Shown here: positions 25,607-36,165 of the stretch, one piece after another
Numbering within the stretch: the stretch's first letter is position 1
Layout: the number at the start of each line of letters is the position of its first letter
Source: Sphyrna mokarran
Taxonomy: Eukaryota
NCBI GenBank assembly: GCA_024679065.1
Contig: JAGIQG010000023.1
Location: 43,710,001-43,774,000, forward strand
DNA: 64,000 nt
Direction of reading: 5' to 3'
Position numbers and translations under genes: made by a program
The notes under the pieces: model-generated
What the model was told of the DNA's origin: nothing
Databases searched by the model: none
The model's input: the letters and a program-made list of their open reading frames with translations, nothing else

Positions 25607-26789
25607 AGTGTTATGCTAGCCTTCTCATTGATGCCTACTACCCATGGATTAATAAAAAGCAATATATTTCAGCATTGCATCATGTACAATAATAATTGAT
25701 GCAGGAATCCTCCCATGTGCACCTGTTTTTAAATGGCATTCAAACTGAACTATTCAGTCACCTCATAATCAACTCAGTTGTAATCCGAACATTTTATTTG
25801 TCGGGTTTTTCTCACTGCAGTTCAACAAATGATATAAAGAATAAGCAGAGGGAACTTAAATTTTTAAAATACCTTTTTAAGAACGTTCTAAAGCATATTG
25901 TAACATAAAGGGTTATTGAGGTGAATTGCAGTTATTTCAGGCTGAGCCTACCATCAGCACACTAACATCAAATTGATGCAGAACTACATACACGTTTGCA
26001 CAGCATTCCACACCAGATATCCACATGTACAGCAAATAAAAACCATTATTAGTGCTTACTGCAGCCAACTCATTGCTGGGACATAATTGGAAAAGTTTCC
26101 ATTCTCATTGTGGACCTGACTGGATTATTTGGTCTTTGGTGTACCCTCCCCTAGACTGGCTGATCTATAAATACTTTGAGACAGCTGAAATTATACACAG
26201 AAATATGAGACCTTCACATCGTTACAGCAACAAAGAGTAAGGTACTACGGGCTATTGGAATTAATTCTAAAGCTGTGGCTGGGTGTTTCCCAGTACTATC
26301 ACAACCTTTTGATTGAATATTCCTATGTGCCAAGTGCTTAAATATAATTTCACCAATTAAATTAATTCCTGATTTTTGAGTAGTTTTGAGTAGTTTCCAG
26401 TCACAGATTTTTCATTCAAAGATGTGCACTTATCTAGATTTAATAGCACGATAGCTTTGACGGCACCTTTGGAGTGACCACCTTCGGTGATACTACCATC
26501 AATTGATTCCAGCATAAACTATGAATGCAATCAAAAATGCAAACCTGGGAAATCATCTTCACTTGCACAATGCAGGTACCGATGCAATGCAGATTCCAGT
26601 TCCACAATCACAGCTTTCTCACCTCTTAAAGGTGGAATTCCACCCCATGAGAGCAAGAGTGATTGATCAACAGAGTGAAAGGGGCAATATTGAATCAGAC
26701 ATCCATTGTACTTTTCTCTATTCCTATTGACTTCACTGCTAGAGTTGGAAATTGAGAAAGATATGTATGATGATTTTATTAAGAATTGT

Positions 26790-27115
26790 TGAGAGATATT
26801 GATCGGGTGGATTCTCAGAGGCTTTTTCCCAGGGCTGAAATGGCTGTCACAAGAGGACACAGGTTTAGGGTGCTGGGGAGTAGGTACAGAGGAGATATCA
26901 GGGGTAAATTTTTCACTCAGAGGGTGGCGGGTGCCTGGAATTGCCTGCCGGAGGTGAAGGTGCATTCAATAGGATCTTTTAAGAGACTTCTGGATAAGTA
27001 CATGGGACTTAGTCAGATTGAGGATTATAGGTAAGCCTAGTAGGTAGAGATATGTTCAGCGCAACTTACAGCCAAAGGGCCTGGTTGTGCTGTAGTTTTT
27101 CTATATTCTATGTCT
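26790..27115 (+). mobile_element. CR1 3' end
   Basis: DRVDSQRLFP...TRGHRF...FFTQRVAGAWNCLP plus tail. Confidence 0.88.
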
Positions 27116-27336
27116 TAAAACCTTTATTCTAGGTGCTAATATATGTAATTGATTCTCTGAAGGATAATAAGTACCTAATTTGTAGGCACCAAAAGGTGCT
27201 AGTCGAACATAGGAAACCATTTAGTCAATGTTAGGCATTGAAGCATAAAAGGTTTGATTGGTGGTGTATTTGATATAAAATGGCTGAACCATCTATGGGA
27301 GTTCTTGTAGAAGTTGTTCAAAACACACACATCATG

Positions 27337-27652
27337 GGGTGGCGCAGTGGTTAGCACTGCTGCCTCGCAGCAGCAGGAACCTGGGCTTAGTTCCGGCCTC
27401 TGGCGGCTGTCTGTGTGGAATTTGCATATTCTCCCCTTGTCTGCGTGGGTTTCCTCTGGAAGCTCCAGTTGCCTTCCCACAGTCCACAGCTGGTTAGGTT
27501 GATTGGCCATGCGAAATTGCTTCTTAGTTTCCAGGGGGGAGGTTAGCAGGATTAATACGAAGGATCACGTGGGTATGGTTTGGTGGGCTGGTTGTCAGTG
27601 CAGGCTTGATGGGCCAAATGGCCCCTTTCTGCATGGTAGGATTCTGTGATTT
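27337..27652 (+). mobile_element. HE1-like SINE, type 1
   Basis: ggtggcgcagtggttagcactgctgcctc head through to the tail. A further copy at about 38215-38570. Confidence 0.85.
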
Positions 27653-27679
27653 GGTGAACCTTTGTTGTGTTTTTATGTA

Positions 27680-28040
27680 ATAATATTCTTCTTAAGATAA
27701 GGGAAACACAACTGCACACACTACTCCAGGTACAGCCTAACCAAATTTGTACACAGCTGAAGCAAATCTTCACTACTCCTGTACTCAAGCCCTCTTGCAA
27801 TAAAGGCCAACAAACCATTAGCCTTCCTAATTGCCCACTGAAACCGCATGTTAGCCTTCAATGACTTATTGATGAGGATACCCAAGTGCTTTTGTCTTGA
27901 CAAACTTTAACCTATCTATCATCTATCCAATAGATCTATTCATCTATTGGAGGAATAGATGTGTACATCTATTCCTCCAACCAAAGTCCAAGTTAGCTTA
28001 CAGTTTCTGCACGTTATATTCTAACTGCTGTGTTCTTGGC
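27680..28040 (-). mobile_element. CR1 internal fragment
   Basis: AIRKANGLLAFIARGLEYRS...LVRLYLE. Confidence 0.8.
27947..27980. repeat. Perfect 16-bp inverted repeat with a 2-nt spacer
   Basis: TTGGAGGAATAGATGT-GT-ACATCTATTCCTCCAA. Confidence 0.95.
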
Positions 28041-30247
28041 CACTAATTTTTTTAATTCTAAGCACTGGATGGACTTAAAACTGGGAGTGTTTCAGATCTG
28101 ACTTTTAGAACCATTCTCAGGCGCCCCATTACACACTCTGCCTGAAAAAATATCAGTGATTCTGAATTGCGCTGCACAAGCCTGTGGACACGGCTTACAC
28201 ACCCAAAACATTGCAGCTCCCATCGGAGCCTTCCACTACATATGCACAGAAAAAAATAGAAAAACAGTCCCCTGCACATCTCTCCTAGACTGGATAATGC
28301 CTCCGCCCTGCCTTGCACAGACGTTGCCCCATCCCACAATATTACTGAACTCCTCCCTCCCCACTACCCAGACCGATAAAGGGTCCTTGCCCCCCCTTCC
28401 TCCTTCTCCCCGCGCTACCGATCACACATAGAGTGACAGCGGATCCCCTTCCTCCTCCCACTGATCACACACAGAGTGGCAGTGGAGGCCCCACTGTGTC
28501 GAACAAATGAACCTCATAGTGACAATAGAATGTGTTAAAGAGGTTTTAAAAGGAGTAATTTGTTCATAAAATTGTTTTCATTACACGCCAATAAATATTG
28601 ATCATCCAGACCCTTTAACGGATCAATTGCAGAAACTGCAAACCCCTTGTGTAGATAAACACTGTGAAATTGACAGAAGAGATCAGAGAGCCAGCGCTAT
28701 CAATCACACAAGTTTCCATACTCCGGTGGATTTCTGGGCTTTCTGCTGAGTCTCATTAAGCACTGTCGGTGGAAAGTCCCAGACATCTATTAAAGGATAG
28801 AGACACCTGAGTCCCAGGAGAAACATTACTTGATTGGCATCTTTTAAACAGCCCGCATTGGCAGCCAGTGGCCCCCTGTAGCTGCCTCTCACGTCTTTCC
28901 CAAATCACCTTATCCATACCCTCCCATCAACAATGGAAGTCCTTCCTCCTGAGGTAGCCATGCCGAGCCAGGAATTTTCCTAATTCCTGCTACCCATCTT
29001 GATGGTGAAAGTCCAGCCCACCTACCTACTACCCTTCAGCCAAATTCCTAACTAGGTCAATAATTTGCCTTCCATTCTACAAGCTTAACTTTAGCTAACA
29101 AATGGACAACAGGGTGGTACAGTGTTTAGCACTGCTGCTTCGCAGCTCGGGAGAACCAAATTCAAGTCCAGCCTCAGGTCAATGTGGAGTTTGTACATTC
29201 TCCCTCTGTCCCCCAGAATACCTTCTAACAATTTACCCACTACAGATATTGGGCTCACCGCCTGTAGGCCCCAGGCTTTTCCCTGCACCCCTTATTAAAC
29301 AATGGCACAGCATTTGCTACCCTCCGACCTTCAGGATTTCCTCTGGGTGCTCTGGTTTCCTCCCACAATCTGAAATTGCATTGACCCAAACAGGTGCCGA
29401 AATGTGGGGAATTTCACAGTAACTTCATTGCAGTGTTAATGTAAGCCTTACTTGTGACTAATAGATAAAATTTTAATACCTGTACAGAAAAATAAAGGCT
29501 TTAACAATTAGTGTCTAATTTTTTGGCAGCACCAAGATCATTCCTAGTCTGCTGAGTGAGGCCCATAATGTTCTGGCTTAATTGATTAGAGTTGAAGATC
29601 TCAGAACCTGTTTCATTCCAATATAATTTTCATTTCCTCATTGTGCCCAGAGCTATTAAAGCCTCTGGCAATAGCTAGCAACCTGCTCTAGAAAAAGAAG
29701 TTTGCTATGGGGACAGATTAAAGTCTGCCTGACGTACCATTAGGTGTGAGAAGAGAAACAATAACTGCCAGAATTGATAAAGGATGGCCCTGAAGGGATT
29801 CTATAGAATTATCTTATTATCACTGTTTTAATAATAAACTGGAGGTGTTTGGATAAACTCAATTGATTTTGTACAAAACAAGCTGAGATTTCATTGAGAA
29901 TATGTTGAATATTTAATGGCAGATCTTGTTGATTGCCTTCAAGAAAGTAGGCCTGAGGCTGTAAAGTTAAACGAGTGAACAGTAAATTTAAACAGATCAT
30001 TGAGAGAATTTTGCTAATCAAAAAGCAATGAAATATCTGCAAAGGTTCGGGCACTAAAGAGAACAGAATCAAATCAGTAAACTCCTGTGAGCAGAATAAC
30101 TTGTATCCCCATCCCAGAACTTTCCTCGAATGGAAGCCACATTTGATCAATTAAGAGCACCATTTTACAAGTTTAAAAAGCATTCTTAGTGCACAAGGAA
30201 GTGTCCAAAACTGCAAATCCTACACTGCCCTGTTCCCAGAGCAACTA

Positions 30248-30735
30248 AGTTTAAGTTCATTTATTAGTGTTACAAGTAGGCTTACATCAACACTGCAATG
30301 AAGCTACTGTGAACATCCCCTAGTAGCCACAATCCAGCGCCTGTATGGGTACAATTTAGCATGGCCAATGCACCTAACCAGCATGTCTTTCAGACTGTGG
30401 GAGGAAACCAAAGCACCCCACATCCCAAAAATGTGCTCTTAGGCTGATTGGGTAACAAATTGTCCCTATATTGGTCCCTATATGGGAATCTTCCACAATA
30501 GGCATAGCCTAAAGTCATGGATATGTCATTAAGACGTTAGGACGGCGGCGCGGGCTCGTTGGGCCAAAGGGCCTGTTTCTCGTGCTGTGTTGCTCTTTGT
30601 TCTTTGTTCACCCGGGGGAAACCCATGCAGACATAGGGAGAATGTGCAAACTCCACACAGATGGTAACCCAAGCTGGGAGTCGAATCCAGGTCCCTGGAA
30701 GACAGCAGTGCTAACCCACTGTGGTACCGTGCTGC
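30248..30735 (-). mobile_element. HE1-like SINE type 2 with a nested + strand type 3 fragment
   Basis: Insert 30419-30608 is flanked by a CACCC duplication. Confidence 0.8.
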
Positions 30736-31287
30736 TCAACTGTCAGTTGTTAAGAACCCAATACCAGGTCGTAACATCAAAGGCTTCCTTTAAATTAAAA
30801 GCTTCCACAGCAGCCTAAGAGTTGGAAAGTAAAATATTATTTTCTCATAAAATATGTTAAATTCTAGTAACTTTCAAGAGTGGGTATTTACCTCGGGGGG
30901 GAGTGAACGCCCCTTATTCCCTCCCACATAAGAACTCAGCTTCTGTCTCAACACAGTGTCAGGTAGCTGCTCTCAATATAGTTATGAATGCTTCTGAGCG
31001 CTGTTATAAACTTACCCTGCAAAATATGCAGTGTCACCAGGGGTATTCAGCAGGGTAGAGAAACAGAAATCACACCGATGTCACTGCACTTTAATGTTCT
31101 GCAGTGTGGTCCTCACGCAATTCCTTTAATTCATCACCAGAAATACATCTCACTCCCGCCAACCTGAAAGGACCAACATCTCATCCTGTAATTCAAAACG
31201 CTCTCAACGCTGATCAGAAAAATCAGTAATTGTCTCACCAATTCTTTTAAATATGTAAAATATAGAACCATCCATAAAATATAAAAT

Positions 31288-31412
31288 AAAAGCAAATTAC
31301 TGCGGATGCCGGAAACTGAAATCAAAAAGAGAAAATCTCAGCAGGTCTGGCAGCATCTGTAAGGAGAGAAAAGAATTTACATTTCATGTCCAGATGATCC
31401 TTTGTCAAAGCT
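31288..31412 (-). mobile_element. Penelope family-B pseudo-LTR fragment
   Basis: aaagcaaattactgcggatgccggaaactgaaa...ctcagcaggtctggcagcatctgt motif; a similar copy starts near 17345. Confidence 0.55.
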
Positions 31413-32599
31413 CTTTTTCCATTTTCCATTTCCGTGCCCATTGTTATCATGGAAATTGTCTGTAAATGCATCACATCATAACTAAACCCTCCACAGTTAG
31501 TGGTGCTGTACTAGGCTGTACCATCTCAACCTTTCTCATTCCATCAGTCTGAATTGTAGGGAAACTACAATTCTCCCAAAGTCCCCAAGTTCTGTGATTT
31601 AACTATGAATAATGGAAAATCAATGCATGTCAAATAAAGGCATCTAATTTTTGAGTTGGAACTGAACTCAGTGCACACTCCCATAGCAATTACACCTCAC
31701 CTCTACCTATTTCACCCAAATTGGGCTGGAATCCTGATGTTGTATGGTCCACCCCTACTGCCAGCAAGCATGGAGAATTTTGGCACAGCCAAAATGCCAG
31801 ACACAGCCACAAGACTGGAGAATCCAACCGTGGGCAAGGTCAGAGAACCCAGATTTTGACGCTCTGGGCAGGATTTACCAAGCAATTGTTTTGCGACAGC
31901 AGGAGGTTGGCCTGCTATTGGCTGGTGGCAGAATTTTCTAGTCCCACAGAACATGCCCCTCACTACTGTGAAATGCATGGTGATGATGTGCTGTCAGCGG
32001 GACTGGAATACCCCACCGGCGGGAAGGACTGGAAAATCTTACCCTTTGTGTGCAATACCACAGGAACTGTTATAGCAGAGCATTTTTTAGACTTCCTGGG
32101 CAGTATGCTGCCCGCTAGCTGCCTCGCTATGTTTTCCCACTGTATTTTTAAACATTTTGAAACAAAAAAATGAAAAGGTGGGTCCCCCGACCCTATGCTG
32201 GTGGGCTGGGCTCTGAATGAGCACACTTTGCCAGCAACCTGACAGATACTCCCACCTCCCACCACCACTGAGCGAACAACCCTCCACTCCAAACTTCCAC
32301 AATGGAATATCCCCTTCCACGCCAGAGACGCCCAACGCAAACCTCCCCAATGGAACGCCCATAGCAGTATCCCACAGTGCTTCTGTTTTCCTGTTGTCAC
32401 TTTTCAGTAATTGTGGTATTGGTAGGGTCTACAAGTCAACCAAAAGCTTAGTCTTACGAATTGCAAATGTTGACGCAATGGTACAAAAATCAATCAAATG
32501 TTAACCAACTGCCACTGTTGGCAACACCACTTTTATCTTTGCTCACCTTGTGTAAACCAGTAAAGCAATCAGGTGTGTCCAGAGCAAAGAATGGACTGT

Positions 32600-32654
32600 G
32601 GGAGGGAGGGAGGGAGAAAGGGTGGGGGGAGGAGAGGGGGGGAGTGGGTGTGGG
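32600..32654 (+). repeat. G-tract cluster (potential G-quadruplex)
   Basis: GGGAGGGAGGGAGGG followed by further G3+ runs. Confidence 0.6.
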
Positions 32655-32714
32655 CAACAGAGAAACTGTGTGGCAACCATGAAACTTTGGAAGGTGTCCG
32701 ACTGCCTCACCTTT

Positions 32715-33249
32715 CTAGGCGTGATGTAGAATTTCATTTAATTTTTCTTCATAGAACATGCTGCTGTCTTGAAGGTCCTCCCAAGGAGCGAAAGCTTCCC
32801 CCTCATTTTCCACGTAGGTGTTCCAGCAGTAGTTATACTCTGGCGCCTTCATGATCCTCAATCGGCACCCAGCCCCGTGCAGTTTCCGCAGACCCTGCTG
32901 GATCTCAGCCTCTTCCCACATGTACAGGCGAGCCATGAAGATGGTGAGCTGGACGTTGGGGCACTTGCTCAGGTACTCAGCCAGTTTGGCGGCGCACACT
33001 GCGCAAGGGCTGGAGGACACGTACCAAATGATGGAGTAGCTCAAGCTGCCATCACACTCTGTGAAGATATCTGTGAAGAAGACGTTTTCTGCGTGTGTGC
33101 CTGCATGCTCATCCTCCACGTATCCCTCCGACCTGTCACAATCCGTGCCCTGTTTCTCCACGGAGTAGCACAGGAAGGTTTTGTGTCGCCCCGAAGAATA
33201 TTCCACATTTTTGAACTGGAATTTGAAGAAAAGGGATGGCATGCGTTGC
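32715..33249 (-). CDS. APOBEC2: APOBEC2 coding exon 2 (cytidine deaminase-like domain)
   Basis: Acceptor cttctttcctttccag. Translates QRMPSLFFKFQFKNVEYSSGRHKTFLCY...HAENVFF...WYVSSSPCAVC...RLYMWEEAEIQ...PWEDLQDSSMFYEEKLNEILHHA*. Contains APOBEC2-specific FKFQF.NVEYSSGR and the HxE/PCxxC zinc motif. Spliced CDS is 669 nt (222 aa plus stop). Confidence 0.97.
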
Positions 33250-34254
33250 CTGGAAAGGAAAGAAGTGGATGTTATTGGATGTAGCAAGAAAATAAAGTAG
33301 TCCTGTCTCATCACTAGAGCACTTAGATAAAATATACAATGGTCAGAAACACTTCTGCATGTAAGCAATTGCATTTGTAAATAGGATATCTTTATATTAA
33401 AAACTCCCAAGGCACTTCATGAGGATTTTTTATAGAATCATAGAATCCCTACAGTGCAGAAGGAGGCCATTCAGCCCATCAAGCCTACACTGACAACAAT
33501 CCCACCCAAGGCCTATTCCCATAACCCCACGTATTTACCCTGCTAATCCCCCTGACACTAATGGGCAATTTAACATAGCCAATCCACCTAACCCGCACAT
33601 CTTTTGACTATGGGTGTTACCATAAAGAAATTGGCACAGAGGGCAGGATTTTTCAGCCACGCTCGCCCCAAAACTGGAGCATCCTACCCGAGGTCAATGG
33701 ATCTTTGCATGGTCTGTTTCTCCCACCCTGCCAGCTAGAATTCCGATGGCCGGTGTGACGGGAAAACTGCCCCCCTCCCCCACCTACTGAAGTCACAGCA
33801 GGAGACCTTAGGGCAGATGATCAAAGGTTTGGTCAGAGGTAGGTCAAAAGAGCATTTTAAAAAAAAAGGCAAGAGATTTGAGGAAAAGATTCCACAGTTC
33901 AGCCCTAAGGCTGAAAGCAAGGCTGCCAATGATGGTGGAAGATCAGCGGGAGCGGGTTGTTGCACCAGAGGATGTGACAGAAATTGGTATAATGTAACTA
34001 TCACTATTCCTAATGCTTTATAGCTGATATTTTCCAGATGAACTCCTTCCAGTTATTTAATCTTGATTTAAACCATGCATCAGCCCCATTCAGATAGTAG
34101 CTCCCTGAAGTCTGAGTAAGAAAGTTGTATGTTTAAACTCCGAGACTAGACTGTATAATCCCAGCCTTCATTTCAATAATGAAGAAATAGAAAATGGCTG
34201 AGGATTGCCCTCTAGATTCGGGACAGAGAAAAAGGTCAGGGAGCTTTGCTCTGA

Positions 34255-34690
34255 TGGCATCTTGTAATTTATGTAGGACTTTATCACATCTGTAAGAAAG
34301 ACCTTGATGCACTTCACAAAAACTGCTTCCGGAGTACATGATCACTACTGATATGTGATAAATGGAAGAGCCAATGCACAGAATCTACGGGCTTTTGCAT
34401 TGTTTGCCCAACCCACCACTAGGGAACCCTTCACATCAGGGTCAACTGTGACAGGACCAGGAGGTTACGCCAACCGAAAAGGCCAGAGGTCCCACAAAGA
34501 ACGATCGGGAATGTTTGTCGAAGGATGAAGCTTGTGCAGGATCTTTACATGAACGGATAAGACACTCTGTGCCTTGGTTTCATCTGAAGAATGGCATTTC
34601 TGACAAGGCAGCATTCCATTGGTACTGTCTGTCTGGGTTATGTGCTGAAGCACTAGAATGGATCCTGAACCCAAAACCAAGGAGGCGGAA
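34255..34690 (-). mobile_element. Ancient Deu-type SINE (SacSINE1/AmnSINE1-like), decayed
   Basis: The - strand has a head ggttcaggatccattctagtgcttcagcacataa...gctgccttgtcagaaatgcc and a tail resembling the consensus tataaatgcaag. A similar tail lies at about 5150-5275. Confidence 0.5.
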
Positions 34691-34950
34691 ATAAATCCAA
34701 CCACGCTAAATCTTGTGGCATTCTCCAGAGAGAAACCTGGCAACATTCGAACCTCAAGCAACATGAAAACAGGATAATTCCCAGTCACAAGGGAAGCAGT
34801 ATTCTGATTAATGTCACTACGGCACTAGCGGTGCATGCTAGTTTATACCATTGTTCCCTATACTTCATCCCTCAACGTATAGCATGTACAGAAAGTAACC
34901 TAAGTATACCGTGAACCTCATATACATGCACAGAATCTTTCAAGGTAGAA

Positions 34951-35365
34951 GGGGCAGCACAATAGTTAGTGCTGCTGCCTTACAGCACCAGGGACCTGAT
35001 TCCCGGCTTCAGTCACTGTTTGTGTGTAGTCTGCACATTCTCCCTGTGCCTGCCTGGGTTTCCTCCGGCTGCTCCGGTTTCCTCCTACAGTCCAAAGATG
35101 TGCTGGTTAGGTGGATTGGCTGTGCTAAATTTCCTCTTAGTGCCTAAAGATGTGCAAGTTAGATGGATTGGCCATGCTAAATTGCCCCTTAGTGTCCAAA
35201 GATGTGCGGGTGAGGTGGGTTGATCATGCTAAATTGCCCCTTAGTGATGAAGGGTACTAGCTTGGGTAAATGCATGAGGATTTGGGGGACAGGTCTTGGG
35301 TGGGATTGAGGTTGGTGCAGGTTCGATGGGCTAAACAGCCTCCTTCTGCACTGTGGGGTAATATG
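34951..35365 (+). mobile_element. HE1-like SINE with internal 3 x 52-bp tandem repeat
   Basis: Units at 35091-35142, 35143-35194 and 35195-35246. Confidence 0.85.
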
Positions 35366-36039
35366 AATTAGCCAGAATCAAATTACTGACTACGTGATAG
35401 CTGTCAATAAAAATATCTGCACATGCCCATAGCTGGAAGAGGCATGTTCTAGAGAACTGTTAAAAGTTTGATATCAATTAAGATTTTTCATGATATGTAA
35501 TTAAATATTTACACAATATCTGGTCAAGGAGCTCATACTGCCTTCTAACAATAATTAAATCAGTTTAAAAAGAAAAGTCACTTCCTTGTATATACTAAGA
35601 GCAATAAATTCTATGCTAGAAAAACAAATTTCAAATTTCACAGTTCCAGTAAGATGTTTAAACTGTTTCCACCAATTTTGCTTTCATCTAAAGCTCATAG
35701 CAGAGTTTCTGTCTCCACATCAAACTGCCCAGTGAGGTCGGCGACACATGGTCTTGAATTTGCAGCACTATCTCTGTGAATGGAATTTCCGACTTATTTT
35801 TAACTCTCCTTATCTCAGCTGTGCTGGCAAGAGGAGACACCAGGGGATCAGTAACAATACTCCCTCCTCCGTCACCACAGTCCACCAACCCGAGCACAAG
35901 GAGAGACGACAGTGTTTATAGGGGAATCCGCCTGGACTTTTCTCACACAGCAAGATGAATTCAGAGGAACAAGGTCATTTTGGGACATTGATCCCATCCT
36001 CTCAGAGCACCAGCCTTCTGTAACACAGGCAGAGACAAT

Positions 36040-36165
36040 GGCTGGAATTTTATTACCTCACCGCCATAGGAATCGGAGCGGGCAAGGGACGCAGTACGGG
36101 AAGGTCCATTAACCTCGGGAAGGATTTTACAGTTTTTGGAAAAGCGAGGCTGTAAAATTCCACCT
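36040..36165. mobile_element. MITE with about 13-bp TIRs and a 3-bp AAT duplication (PIF/Harbinger-like)
   Basis: GGCTGGAATTTTA ... TAAAATTCCACCT flanked by AAT on both sides. Relatives at about 4683-4806, 13651-13794, 15388-15500, 31722-32044, 33641-33773 and 53160-53271. Confidence 0.6.

Noticed and set aside
27337-27410. tRNA-like sequences (A and B boxes) here and in many other copies
   Set aside because: These are SINE heads joined to core and tail modules, not complete tRNA genes.
33250-33410. N-terminal 53 aa of the 231-aa ORF 32715..33410
   Set aside because: Intronic read-through. Homology starts at the acceptor (33250), and the true exon 1 is at 40759-40892.
35091-35246. Regularly spaced repeats as a CRISPR-like array
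   Set aside because: Contiguous tandem units without unique spacers, inside a SINE, in vertebrate DNA with no cas genes.
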